NCBI RefSeq assembly: GCF_002105155.1
Contig: NW_019028993.1
Location: forward strand, 1-64,000
DNA from: Lobosporangium transversale
Lineage: Eukaryota
Direction of reading: 5' to 3'
DNA length: 64,000 nt
Shown: positions 38,480-50,730 of the stretch, in pieces
Layout of the letters: each line of letters opens with the position of its first letter
Numbering within the stretch: the first letter of the stretch is position 1
Made by a program: the position numbers and the translations under genes
Notes under the pieces: generated by a model
What the model was told of the DNA's origin: nothing
What the model saw: only the letters and a program-made list of their open reading frames with translations
Databases searched by the model: none

Positions 38480-41385
38480 GTGCGGCCGTGCACCGGAGGA
38501 GAGCAATGCTTTGCCCCCCAGCCTCCACCCCCTCCGGCGTTTTAGCGACCTACCCACCCCTACTAGTCAACCAGACACGCATGAAGTGCAAGTCGGAGAA
38601 GAGGGACCATGGCCACGCTTTCTGGATCCAGTGGTATGTTAGAGTATAACTTTCTCTCTCGCCCTTTTTTCTTTGAATGAAGGAAATTGAAATACTTTAC
38701 TTTGATTTACTAATCTATTTCTTTTCTATCGTATGATCTTATCATTTTTAATAGCAGGATCCTTTGTGCTGGTGCCCATGTCTTCCTTATACAGCCGCTA
38801 CAAATAACGAAGCCATGGTTCAGTCGACTACACCCCCAGTCTTGCCTGAAAACACATCCTACTTTGCAATTCTCCATCCATATAGGAGACTATCATCTCA
38901 GACGACACCACCATCACTACCTCTTCATCCTCTTCATTTCCTTCATCGCCTTCATCGCCTCCACTCCCCTTCATCCTCGTCAGTAGCCTCAGGATCGAAA
39001 GGTGTTCAGACTTCAGAACTACATCCAGAGTTTCCTAGTAAGCTCTACCTCACCTTACGTAAACTTTAGAGCAAAACTTCTTCTTCCCATTATCTATCGC
39101 CTGTCCTCCAGCAAGATTCATGGGGTGGAGGAGTTGATAGCTGTCATCTTGACCAACATCATCGTTGTGGACGAAGTCCTGACGAGTAAATATGTCCTCA
39201 AGACCACAAACTCAAACCAAACCAAACCCGGCCGTCCCCGCTGCTGAGGCCCCGCTACTAGTCTCAAGAAGCTACAGCGACAGCAACAACTTCCTGTTGT
39301 TATGGCTACTATGACCAGAGGGCTGTTGCTGGCATTTCCGCTCTCGATCCGCAAGCTTCCTCCTTGGACGCTGCTATCAGCTCTGACCAAAAAGTTGAAA
39401 TAAAGGGGACTTGGCCTAGTAGCTGAAGATGACGGCTAAGCAATCTCAGCAACACCAGCAATGCTGGCGTCCAGTGCTCCTATTCGATAATCGAATGAAA
39501 TTCGAATGCATATAATTTTTTTTTTTTTTTTTTTTTTACAGTGCATTCGAATTTTATTCGATTATCGAATAGGAGCCCTGCTGGCGTCTCGATAGTGGTG
39601 GCGCTACTCTTACTCAAGGCGTGGTCAATTCCCACCGCTACAAAGCAGTCAAGCTCCTACAGCCTGGCTCAAAAGAGACGATGGTTCAGCCGTCCGTTCC
39701 TCTACCCGCCCGCCCACTCGCCCGCAAGAAGGCGATGGTGTATATAACCAAAAAGCCCACATGCATCTATTGCCGAAGAATAAGAGGGTCTTGACCCCAT
39801 TCGACCGCGCCTAACGTCAAGCTTCAAATGACAAAATTGCTCACGCTCACCAACCTCGCCTTGGCATGTCCCTCTTACGGCTCTGGCATGTCTCATTACG
39901 GCCCTGGCACGCCTCCGTTATGACCTGCCACCTAAGCAATGCCTTCGACCAATATCGGTGTCGACCTCGGACCAGACAAGGGTAATATACCAGTATTGCT
40001 ACAGTCAGGAGAGAATAACCGTATGACTGATTTCTCTCAAAACATCAACCACAACCCGTCGTTGGTGAAGATGGCCCTTGGTTTAGCGGAATAATAATGG
40101 GCAAACCGCGCTAGTCCCCAACTAAGAAAGCTATTTAGCTAAGCTCGGACTTTGGCCCTGGAACAGCAGCATGCGTTGTTAGAGAAGAGATGATGGCGAA
40201 GAAGATGATGGCAGAGGAAGAGACGGTGGTAGGGAAGGGAAGGGGCTGGGGCGAGGGGAAAACAGCAGCGACACAGCAGGGTCAAGGTGCTCATCAACCG
40301 TGATGCCACGTTCACTTTATCAATATCGACTCAATCATAACCCATAGCCGTCAACAACTAAAGTCTCAGTGAGCTTGCGTTCATGAGTGACTTTTTTTAG
40401 CCTCGCCCATATCAAGCCCGAGAATCTTGTCCATGCGGGGCATACCAGGGCTCAAACAACAACAGAAAGAGAAGAGACAAAAAAAAAAAAAAAATAAAGA
40501 AGTAGATGGAGGAAAAGGTCTATCGCCGAGGGAGGAAGAAGAAGAGCTGGAAAGCCTCTACGACGACGAGACCATAAAAACGGCGAGGTGGTTGTACTTT
40601 GACAACTAAGAGGACTAAGCCGGTGAAAAAGGCCGATGACGAGGCCGAAAAGTCGGGTACGACCTAGGTGCAAACCTAAGCGTTGAGGATAGTAATGGCG
40701 ATGATAGTGATGATGGAGACGATATCAGCAATCATACCGATCACCAATTTTCAATCGCCACTACTAGATCAACTAGACCATGAGGTGTAGTGGTCATGCC
40801 GGAATCGATGGATCTGGTTCATAAAGTCAAATACTATCGAAAAGCATAGAGGACGGGTAAAAGCGGCAGCTTCGGAGGCCATACATCCAGGTCTCTGGTC
40901 TGGTCCTTGCGATTACCGGCGTCTTGTCCTTGGGGGAGGGGAGGGGGGGCAGTATTGGTGCTGGCCTCAGGTCTTGATAGAGGTCACGATGACCGCTAAT
41001 GAGACCAATGAAGGAGAAGAAAAGAATGAAGCCAAAGAAGATGGCATAATGAAATCAAACAAAAAAAGAGAGAAGGACGAAGCCAGGGAAGTGGAGGAGG
41101 AAAGACTAAAGAGAGAAATCGATGTAGGGAGGCGAAATGACTTTAAGACAAGTTTGTCACTCTGGATCTTGAGTCAAAGATATGGATCCATTGTTATCAT
41201 GGCTGGCCCTGTCAGAGCAGGCGACAACAGTGACGCCAGCACTAACTTGTGCTTGTGCTGATTGCGAAAACTATGCTTCACTCTCTTGAGGAACTTGCCC
41301 TTGTATCGCCGTATACGCTGATTCTTTAAGCGCTGCTTCTTTCTGAAATCGAGAGAATCCGAATGCTCTGGAGGCAGCCATAGTC
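38480..41385. pseudogene. Decayed coding-like region(s) of unknown family
   Basis: GC-richer than its flanks, with an intron-like segment (gtatgt at about 38635 to ag at about 38756), low-complexity S/P- or E/K-rich stretches and frequent stops in all frames. Carries a MITE insertion. No product could be assigned. Confidence 0.3.
39472..39580. mobile_element. 109-bp hAT-type MITE with 8-bp TSD
   Basis: CTGGCGTC duplicated at 39464-39471 and 39581-39588; ends CAGTGCTCC...GGAGCCCTG; ~39-bp TIRs with 2 mismatches around a poly(T) core. Confidence 0.85.
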
Positions 41386-41897
41386 AAAATTCGAGAGGGG
41401 AAAAAAAAAAAGAAACGGATGTTGAGTTGAAGAAGTTAAAGAGGCAATGATGGGCGAAAAGTCGATAGGAAAGGGAGTTCCCAGAATCCTTGTTATCATT
41501 TGATGAGATAGTCCAACGAGTATTCCAACCCCTCCACAAAAGGAGGGGTGATTTTTGACTGAAAATGGCTTTGGTTTATTTTTTTACGTTCTGTTAGTTA
41601 TTGGCAAAGAATAAAAAATCCAAAAGGTGGGGTTTTGAAATCTCGATAAAAAAAAAAAAAGTGGAGAACAATGGCAAAAGAGAATGCATCAATGTGGCAA
41701 CTGCCAATAAATATTAAATAATGAAATAACTATAACTGTTCACTATCCTTCAAGATGATTGACACCCTAATCGAGATATAATTATAATAATAATAAGCTA
41801 TTTGTGCGTGCTAATGCATTCGCCTTGATTCAGAAAAATAAAAATAGTTCAAGGGAGCAACAGAACAATGGATCAAATATAGTGATCGTTGATCTTT

Positions 41898-43719
41898 TTA
41901 TTCATCATCTTCACTATCATCCTCATCTTCATCCTTCTTTTCCTCTTCCTCTTCCTCTTCACTTTCTTTTGCGGCCTCGATTTGGTCTTCGTCCTCTTCT
42001 TCCTCGCCTGCTGTGCCCACGCTCTCAACACCGACATTCTTCCATATACCCTTTTGGACCGAAAGACAAGTTACACGCATATCTGTCTTGTGCTCTCCAA
42101 TGAATGTCTTCATGTTGCTCTCCTCTGGTGTGGATGCAGGACTGACAACATCTTCCAAATTCCATACCAAAATCGTCCCATCTGTGGAAACAGACGTCAA
42201 CAAATCCATCATCTTGGTCTCTGGGCGACCAACAAACTCCTTGTTGGAGGTCTCTTCTGGAGTGTATGGAACTGTGATCAAATCCAAAGCCTTGACACGG
42301 CTAGCATGTCCCACAAGGGTCTTGACAAGATCTCCTGTGGCAGTATTGTAGACGCGAATCATCTTATCCTCATAACCAACAACCAAATAATCGTCTTTGT
42401 AGTAAATCATGGTATTCAGACGAGTCTTCCTTGGAGGCTTGATAGTGCGGACGCATTTTGCAGTCTATTATATTAACACATAATGGTAATCAAGCATGGC
42501 GACAATGGTTAGTTGTCAAAAATATAATGCTATAGTCGACATCCAAAACAAAACAAAACAAAGCAATTTTCTTTTCTTTTCTTTTTTTTACAAGTACGTA
42601 CAGCCATATCATAAATGCCAACTTCTTGATCAAACATGATTGAATATCCTGTGCCACTAGGGCTCCATACGACTTTTAGGCCTTCTCCCTGTAGTCTTGT
42701 CGTGCTCGCCTGTTTTCCCAACAACAGATTCCAGAGTCGGACTGATCTATCAGCCGAGACACTGAGAGCGATTTTGCCCGTGGGATGGATAGCAATCGAA
42801 TGAATAGATCCCTGATGACCCTTCATAATCTTGAGACATTCCCAATCCTTGGTTCTCCAGACACAGATTTTCCCATCATCGGATCCAGAGAGCATATGTG
42901 TCTTATTGTGGAATGTAAGTGTCGTGATCGTGCCCTGATGTTGAAGAAGTGCCCCTAATTCCTTTCTGCGCTTTAGATCATAGAGTTGAATCTTTTCATC
43001 CGTACTGCCAGATGCTAGAAAGTGGCCGCCGATTGCTAATGCTTTGATACATCCGATATGAGCTGCAAAGATGAAGATGGGCGACAGTCTCAATGTCATA
43101 TCCTATACATGTACGCCGAAATACCATCCGTGGCAAAGTAAAAGTAATAATAATAATGTTTAATAAAGGGAAAAGAAACGGAGGGGGAAAAAAAAAAAAA
43201 AAAATCCCTTCTTCGACTTGCATGGAATTGCTTTTTTTTTTTTTTTTTTTTTTTTTTTTTGTTTACCTCGTTCCAATAAGCATCAATACCATAGAGAATA
43301 TTCTCATAGGTTCCCGCGATAATTCTAAAATCCTCAAGGGTTGCTCCTTCAGGAATGACTTCTTCCTTCTTGGGTTTTTTAATTACAGGCTTCTTCACCG
43401 GTGTAGGTGTAGGCGCGCTCTTTTTTGCATTAAAAGCTGAAGTGTTGACGTTCTTCTTCTTGCCTGCCCCATTCTGTGCTTTTGATGTGTTCCCTGTACT
43501 CTGCTTATTGCTGTTGCTATTGGTCTGGACTTTGGAACGTTTGTTATCATGACCACTTTTGGGATTGTTCTTGGTGGTGGTGGTGTTGTTGTTGTTGTTG
43601 TTGGCAGCAGAGGCGTGTTTGCGTTTTACACCCGCTGTTTTCACATTAGGCTTTGTGGCGGTCGTTGACACGACTGTTTTTTTTAACGCGCTCTTCAATG
43701 GCTTCTTAGTTTTGTCCAT
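41898..43719 (-). CDS. MAK11: WD40 60S-biogenesis factor Mak11/PAK1IP1 (three exons)
   Basis: RIIAGTYENILYG, PIFIFAAHIGCIKAL, LASGSTDEKIQLYDLKRRKELGAL, IHPTGKIALSV, GHASRVKAL; acidic tail. Confidence 0.88.
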
Positions 43720-43980
43720 TGTCTCGTTAAAGTTGTGTATGTAGTAATTTGTGAATGAGGAATGAGAACAGCAAAGCTTTTTTCTCTTTTTTTAAAAAGA
43801 AAAAAAAAAAAAAAAAAAAAAAAAGGGCAGTCATGCTTTTGTTTTGAAAAATCTCATTTCCACGAATAAAAAGCCACAGATGGTATATCTCTTTCTTTTT
43901 CTGTTTTACTTTAGAATTTTCATTTCTCCCAAAACTACAGCTTCTTTTATACCCTTCTTGAGATAAATATATACTATCCT

Positions 43981-44862
43981 ATGGCAGAACTATCATCATC
44001 TCAACCTACAAAGGAGCAGTCACCAATCGAGGCACGACAGGAAAAGCTTTTAAAGCCTCTTGAGCCCTCGGTGATCCCACCAGAGAAGCTAGAATATGCT
44101 CGACAAGTGATCGAAAAAGACCAGGCTATCAAACCTTTCTGGGTCAATAAATACAAGAAGGAGGCTGCCAAAAATTGGGACCGGTTCTACAAACGGAATG
44201 AGACCCGGTTCTATAAGGACCGTCATTGGATCGAGCGTGAATTTACAATCTTCAAAACTATGGACCCAGACGGTCACCCAGCAAAGCTACAATGTCTTGA
44301 AGTCGGCTGTGGTGTTGGTAACTTTATCTTCCCAGTCCTGGAGAGAAACCCCAATCTGTTCATGTATGCATGTGACTTTGCACCTCATGCTATTGAACTG
44401 GTGAAACAGCATGACGATTATAAACAGGGACGGTGTTCAGCATTTGTCTGTGACTTGACGACGGATGCATTAGTAGACACTATCCCGGCCAACTCCTTGG
44501 ACGTAGTCTCCTCTATCTTTGTATTATCAGCTATCCCAGCAGAAAAATTAGAAGCGGCTGTCAGGAATATTAAACAAGTCATGAAACCCGGTGGGATGTT
44601 ATGCTTTAGAGATTATGCAGTCTATGATGCAGCACAGGTGAAATTCAGCTCCAATCCAGGACATATGTTGGATACAAATCTCTATGTCCGTCAGGACGGT
44701 ACTCTTTCCCTCTTCTTTTCGACTGAACAAATCCGTGAGCTCTTTGAAAAGGAAGGATTTACGACGGTTGAATGTGAATACGTTCATAGAGAAACCATCA
44801 ACCGAGCCATGGATATTAGTATAGACAGACGGTTCTTGCAGGCAAAGTTTATTAAGCAATGA
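43981..44862 (+). CDS. tRNA m3C methyltransferase, METTL6/Trm141-like
   Basis: KNWDRFYKRNETRFYKDRHW, LEVGCGVGN, IFVLSAI, FRDY, YVRQDGT; intronless 293 aa. Confidence 0.9.
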   Translation: MAELSSSQPTKEQSPIEARQEKLLKPLEPSVIPPEKLEYARQVIEKDQAIKPFWVNKYKKEAAKNWDRFYKRNETRFYKDRHWIEREFTIFKTMDPDGHPAKLQCLEVGCGVGNFIFPVLERNPNLFMYACDFAPHAIELVKQHDDYKQGRCSAFVCDLTTDALVDTIPANSLDVVSSIFVLSAIPAEKLEAAVRNIKQVMKPGGMLCFRDYAVYDAAQVKFSSNPGHMLDTNLYVRQDGTLSLFFSTEQIRELFEKEGFTTVECEYVHRETINRAMDISIDRRFLQAKFIKQ

Positions 44863-45468
44863 ATAAATACAGAGCGTTTTATTCGACCAGATAATAAGAG
44901 CAATAATAATAGAAATAATAGAAATAATAATTAAGACTTGTGAACTAGTTTGTTTTTAATGGTCAATCAAGTCAACAGTCTAAATGCCCCTTTATGTTTT
45001 TATATTTTGGAGAATAGGGAGAATGCTGATATTGATGACATGTAATATCAATGTTGCTTTATAAGCTTGTTTGCTTTTTGCAGATCATATTTTTTTATCC
45101 TTGTTTCGCAATGGATCCAAGCAATCTGAAACAGACAATGCGTGTGCGAGGCACATGCCACGCCGTGCGACAAAAGGTATATAACCAGTTCTAAACTCCC
45201 TGTGAAATTGTTTACATATTCCCACTATGAAGTAATGCTGCATCTTTTTAGGGTGAAAGGGCATCTCAGACATCCATCGTTGCACAAAAGGAGATTAAAA
45301 CATTTAAACAACAGTGCTGTGCATCGAATTTGGACTAAAAAAATTTGTGAGCTTGCATTTCAGTGGTAGCTTTGTCAGGGGCAAGGTTTCAGAAAATTTG
45401 AAGACTCTTATAACCTTTTTTTTTTTTTTTTTTTTTTTTTTACAACTGTACGTTCTTTGTCTCCCGTC

Positions 45469-47151
45469 ATGTTCATTCCTTTGTCCTTCCTTGCCTTGAA
45501 GGCCATCTTATCCCTATGTCAGATTGTTATCGTTGGAGGATTCGGTGCCATTTTGGGAATCTACTCGAGGTTTGGAGGTGAATATGCCAACAGCATCAGA
45601 TGGGTCCGTCAAGGCGGTTACTTTGAGATGTCCTCTTTGCTTCTTCATTTTCCCAAAAGAATCCCAATTCGAGCAAAGATTGCTATGGTCGTTGCTTTCA
45701 TCATGGCTTTACTCGTCAGTTTAGCTGACAAGGCTGTCTGGGCTTTTGTCAAGCGATCGCAAGAACCCAGATTCATCTCGACGTCTGTCATTAGTACACC
45801 ACAGCACATCATTAGTGTTCCTTGGACTACCTTCTCTGGATGGTCCACATCCATGCGAGCTGGAACAAGTATTGTAGAAACCATGAAGCAAATGCTGGGT
45901 GATCACAAAAGGATTCCATCTGCGGTTCCGGGACGGCTATATGAACCTACGATTTCATCTTATGAAGAGTCATGCAAACAACTTGACCTGAATGTGCACT
46001 ATGACATGGATTATAATACGACCTTAACAAATGGCAGCTGCTCGACGGTGTATCTCATGGCTCCTATCATCAACTCAGTCCGAAATAATACCAACGTCAA
46101 CATCGTTAAGCGATCCAGTGATCAATGGAGTATAAGCGTACCGATCAAGACATCGCCTGAACAATTGCATAGGATCAATTGGATAGTAATTCAAGAGTAT
46201 AAAAATCAGACTTGTATAGTTTCCAACCCAAATACCTATCACGGTTCAGCGGCCAGCAATAGCATGGATAATTTACCGGCGACATCGGCCCTCAAATGTA
46301 TCCATCAGACAGGCGATATTTCGATTGTAACAGTCACCTCCACCGAGTTTTCAGCTCGAACAACACAGAAATTTCGCCAAGTGTCGACTAAAATATTTGG
46401 AGAATACAATGATATGTTTCGGGCCATGGAGGCGCATGCCAGCAATCCAACCCTCACAACCTCCCAACAATTACTTGTAGAAGTTCAAATTGTCGACTCC
46501 ACGGTTTATACTTTAATATGCTACTGGGGCCAAGTATCACCTCCCAAATCAACAACTTGGAAGTGTACCTATCTTATCTTTGATGCTGTCGTACTCAAAC
46601 CACAAGTTCCAAATGCTGAGATTGCCAAAGCTCGTGGGAACAGACCACTGTCTAAACTTCCAGAAGAGTCTACAACCAACATCCTCATTAGTCATTCTCC
46701 AAGTATTGTCAACAATACACTTGTGCCTATACCTCTCTCCGCTCTAAGGATTGCGACTTTAGAGGCTTCTCAATACCTATCATCTTTGGGCCAAAACTTC
46801 TACCATGACTGGGAAGCTTCGCGGATGTACATCCAGTACGACATGTCGGATATGATTGAAGGTTATGAAGTACCGGATTGGCTATTCGGTTGTGTTATCA
46901 CAAGTGTATGCATTCTCTTCATTCTGTGGGTCTGGACGGAAATCAAGTTGGACACAGTCTATACTAGCTCGCTTTACAAAAACGTTGCGATTGAAATGGA
47001 AGATCAAGTACATGGCAGAGCTCCTCTATTAATGCGATTCAACGTCAGTGAAACAAGCCTTGAGGGTGTCCCAATCCTGGAAAGCTGTGATCAACTTGAT
47101 AGAGTATCTAATGCATCACAAAGCCCTTTAATAAACAAACGAAATCAATAG
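45469..47151 (+). CDS. Uncharacterised 3-TM, six-Cys ectodomain family protein, copy 3 (intronless; starts MFIP)
   Basis: RWVRQGGY, SLGQNFY, GYEVPDWL, YTSSLYK. Confidence 0.85.
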   Translation: MFIPLSFLALKAILSLCQIVIVGGFGAILGIYSRFGGEYANSIRWVRQGGYFEMSSLLLHFPKRIPIRAKIAMVVAFIMALLVSLADKAVWAFVKRSQEPRFISTSVISTPQHIISVPWTTFSGWSTSMRAGTSIVETMKQMLGDHKRIPSAVPGRLYEPTISSYEESCKQLDLNVHYDMDYNTTLTNGSCSTVYLMAPIINSVRNNTNVNIVKRSSDQWSISVPIKTSPEQLHRINWIVIQEYKNQTCIVSNPNTYHGSAASNSMDNLPATSALKCIHQTGDISIVTVTSTEFSARTTQKFRQVSTKIFGEYNDMFRAMEAHASNPTLTTSQQLLVEVQIVDSTVYTLICYWGQVSPPKSTTWKCTYLIFDAVVLKPQVPNAEIAKARGNRPLSKLPEESTTNILISHSPSIVNNTLVPIPLSALRIATLEASQYLSSLGQNFYHDWEASRMYIQYDMSDMIEGYEVPDWLFGCVITSVCILFILWVWTEIKLDTVYTSSLYKNVAIEMEDQVHGRAPLLMRFNVSETSLEGVPILESCDQLDRVSNASQSPLINKRNQ

Positions 47152-47650
47152 ATGCAATGTTCCTGATCCTTCACATCATCCCTTTGTTCATTCCCAACCT
47201 GTCGTTCCTTCCATTCCTCTCTTCATTCCTAGCCAGCTGCATCGTGACACCAAATCTCGTTGGAAAATAAAAGCATTTCAAAATATATAACTTCATTGCA
47301 TCCTTTCAAATATGGAGTACATGTGACACTTTATAGTTATATTTGCAGGCACCTAACATTCTTTCATACAGCTTTTTTTAAGAGGAAGCTTCCGCCTATA
47401 TCCTGAATTCATCCCAACGATCTTCGGCAGTTTTCATAGTGGTCAAACCGGTATTTCAGATAGACTCAACATGAATCGATGAGCACTTCTAACACTTCTT
47501 GTCTCAAGGATTGTTTATTTGTTTGTTTGTCTATTTTTTTAAAGAGGCGAAAGTGTGATGTGTGAAGAATGTGTAAGCAATTTTCTGAGCAAGTTTCAGA
47601 TTTAAACTAACAAACACACTTTCTCCAAAGTATATTTAAGGTACCAAAAC

Positions 47651-47681
<31 letters not shown>

Positions 47682-47706
47682 CTTTCCTACTTCACTAGCC
47701 ATCACC

Positions 47707-49371
47707 ATGTTCCTTACTGTTCATGAATTCTATATCAATCTTTTCTTGGCCATTTTCCAATTCGTCCTCATCGGTACTCTAGGAGCCATTCTTGCCATCT
47801 ACTCAAGATTCGGAAATGAATATGCTAGCAGTGTCAACTGGAGTCGCCAAGGCGGTTATAGGGAAATGCTAATGGCGTTAATAAACTCACGCCGGAATGC
47901 ACCACGTACGACCTTAATTGTGCTGGCAATCACACTTTTCGTGAGTTTCCCTATTGGCTTTGCCGGTACTGGAGCCGCTTGGTTCATTCGACGCGCATCT
48001 AAACCAATCGATATCACAGCTCGCTACATCCGTACTCCTCAATTCGCTCCAGTCGGTGATTACAAGCATTTTAGTGACTGGAAATTTCCAATTCAGTATG
48101 GAGACAACGTTACCGAAGTATTATCTCGTGCTCTAAGCGACACAAAGAACATCGCCAATGCTGAGGATGGACATCTGTATCAACCACGTATAACAGAATA
48201 CCAGACGAAATGTGATCGAATAAACCTTTTTGTCTTGGGTGCGGATTACGGTCATTTAAAGCGCGATGGTTGCATGCTGGTAATGATAAATTTCCTAGGC
48301 CAGAAGGCGCTAGCCCAATCAAAAGCAATGGTTACTACTCTCTCTGATAACCGATGGAGAATGGCAGTTCCTTTCCAAGGCGAAATCTCAGTCCTCAATA
48401 CTCACGCTTTGCCGCAAATCGACTATAAAGGCATGCTATGTGCCATTCCTGATTTATATCCTCCGTTTGAGCAAACCATTAAAGATGGTATGATCAATAT
48501 TCCAAGGACCAGGACCACAAAGTGCGTGACAGGGCGTGGCGAAGTAGGAGTGGTGTCATTTTCTTCAGTCTACTTTCAATCAATGAAACTGGAAACGTTT
48601 CGCGACATTGCTTCATCAGTCTTTATCGAGTATGACGAGATGCTTCAGGCTATGGAATCCAATCTCAACAACCCAAGTTTTACAACGAACTCGACTCTTC
48701 TAGCAGAAATTCAGTCGGATGAATTTTCAGTCAATGTACTCGCATGTGCTGTGAGTGTCTCTCCGAGTTCTCGGTCTATACGTTGCTCCTATAACATTTT
48801 TAGCACAATATTGGCAAGGGCACCGAAGATTGACCCCGTTATTTCGAATACCTTCAATGCATCATTTCCAAGGCACCAAGAGTTTTCAAATATGGCGATA
48901 TTCGAGCATTTCCCTAAAGCTGTCGAAGGTTTCCCTATGCGGATCTCCATATCCGGTTTACGATACTCAACAATTTCTATCACTATCTACATGGCACGAC
49001 TCGGCTATAGCTTCATTCCAGACTGGGTTAGCAGCTCTCTCTATGTATTGTACGATATCAAGGCTCTGGAGCGGGGAAACGAGGTGCCAACCTGGTTGAT
49101 ATGGCTTGTAGGTGTTATCACTGGTGCTTGCATCGTTCTCTGGGGTATTGTTGAATGGAAGTTGGATTACCATTACACACGATCTCTGCACAAGATCATA
49201 TCCACCAAGATAGAAACCCAATATGAGGCCCGAGGACCAAAATTGGTGCGGTCAAGCTTTAAGCCTCTCAAGTTTGAAGATCAAAGGGTCTTACCTCGTG
49301 TGGAAGTCCTAGAACTGCATGCGGACAGGCCCAGCCTATCTTACTCCCATACTTCATACACACTTCCTTGA
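47707..49371 (+). CDS. Uncharacterised 3-TM, six-Cys ectodomain family protein, copy 4 (554 aa, intronless, most divergent)
   Basis: NWSRQGGY, RLGYSFIPDW, GNEVPTWL, YTRSLHK. Confidence 0.85.
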   Translation: MFLTVHEFYINLFLAIFQFVLIGTLGAILAIYSRFGNEYASSVNWSRQGGYREMLMALINSRRNAPRTTLIVLAITLFVSFPIGFAGTGAAWFIRRASKPIDITARYIRTPQFAPVGDYKHFSDWKFPIQYGDNVTEVLSRALSDTKNIANAEDGHLYQPRITEYQTKCDRINLFVLGADYGHLKRDGCMLVMINFLGQKALAQSKAMVTTLSDNRWRMAVPFQGEISVLNTHALPQIDYKGMLCAIPDLYPPFEQTIKDGMINIPRTRTTKCVTGRGEVGVVSFSSVYFQSMKLETFRDIASSVFIEYDEMLQAMESNLNNPSFTTNSTLLAEIQSDEFSVNVLACAVSVSPSSRSIRCSYNIFSTILARAPKIDPVISNTFNASFPRHQEFSNMAIFEHFPKAVEGFPMRISISGLRYSTISITIYMARLGYSFIPDWVSSSLYVLYDIKALERGNEVPTWLIWLVGVITGACIVLWGIVEWKLDYHYTRSLHKIISTKIETQYEARGPKLVRSSFKPLKFEDQRVLPRVEVLELHADRPSLSYSHTSYTLP

Positions 49372-49827
49372 TTGATCTGTTTTTTTCTTCTTCTTTGATA
49401 TACTAGCTAATGAATATCTGTATAATACCCTTATATTATATAAATAATAAACAATAAATAATAAATAATACCTCAGTGATCTAACCTGAAAGCGATGCAG
49501 CTGCGATTTTTGAGACAAGCAGTGTTGGTTTATGATTGAAGCGTGCGGATTATATTTTTCGGTATAATAAAAAATTGAATATATATAGCTACAAAATGGA
49601 TAATGGCAATGAACATTGAAACACATATCAGTTTTGTATATGCAGCTCCAGAAAGGCTCCCAGCAAATAGAACCGATTCTCCCTAAACTGGTGATGCATC
49701 GCAATATTAAAATTACGCGTTCAAGGTCCCTCTCTTGACTTTACACGTGGCATTAGCGCTGAAGCATTGGCCGATCGGTGGAGAGAGTTGAGGGCTAGTT
49801 ATCGTGCTTCAAAATTGATGGTATAGT

Positions 49828-50730
49828 TTGTATGAGTTACTGGATTTTGGTACTATTCCAACGCCAGAACAGTGTGCCGACACTCCTCCCTCTCAAAGAG
49901 TATTAGCGCTAATCCCAAATCAAAAAACCCTTCGCAAGAACAGCGTGATTGGTCATTTTTTCAAATCAAGCAAGGAAGAGTTCCAGTGTCAGGTCCTGAA
50001 AGATGAAGAAATCCGTGACATTTCATACAAGGAATCCGGGAGTGGATATTCAAGATCTGTTCATCTAATCCAGCTCCATGGGAATTTATATAGTGCTCTC
50101 CAAGAATTCCGCAGTTATCAGAGCAGGGTTAAAAGTATCGTGCCACTACCCGATCCGAAAGAAGTTGACATGCTTCCCCCAACAATAAAGACAAGGCTCG
50201 ACATCACACGAAATGAGATTGTTGATGAGAGACTCAAGAAGTTGCTCCCTCATGAACAAGAAGCATACGAAAAAGTGCTTTTACTACTCATAGCCTTCAA
50301 CGAAGTGATGTCCAATACAATTAATTTGACGAACTTCAGAGCAGCCTTTGAAATGATCAACCCCTATTTCGATACTCTAGTTAGCATGCGCCTCACATAA
50401 GATCTAGCTTCGCATCAATAAGCCTTTGTCGCAAAGCGAGTCCGCCCAAAGATTTCATCTTTTTTTCAGGAGCAATGGCGCGGCAATGCCTGGCTTAGGG
50501 CAAAAGCAGGCAGACAAGCGTCCCAAGTTGCTGTCGAGGAACATTACTCACAGTACAAGATGGCAAATGGAGTGCTACATTACTCAGAAGCAATTTCTTG
50601 CAATTTCCATCATATGGACTCCTCGGAGAAAAGGAAGGCGAAGTCGAAAGCAAAGGAGTTATGGTGAAACCTACTCGATGATAAGGAGGTCAAAGCTCTC
50701 CGTGAAATCATTCATTTGATGACAGGGTAG
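49828..50730 (+). pseudogene. Pseudogene of unknown family; one reading frame broken by nonsense codons
   Basis: The 190-aa ORF continues in the same frame past TAA 50398, TAA 50419 and TGA 50665 with protein-like sequence (…EQWRGNAWLRAKAGRQ…KAKELW*NLLDDKEVKALREII…). Confidence 0.5.

Noticed and set aside
43720..43980. RRPE-like element in the MAK11/METTL6 bidirectional promoter
   Set aside because: Only a partial match (TGAAAAATCTC) in very AT-rich DNA; not supportable.
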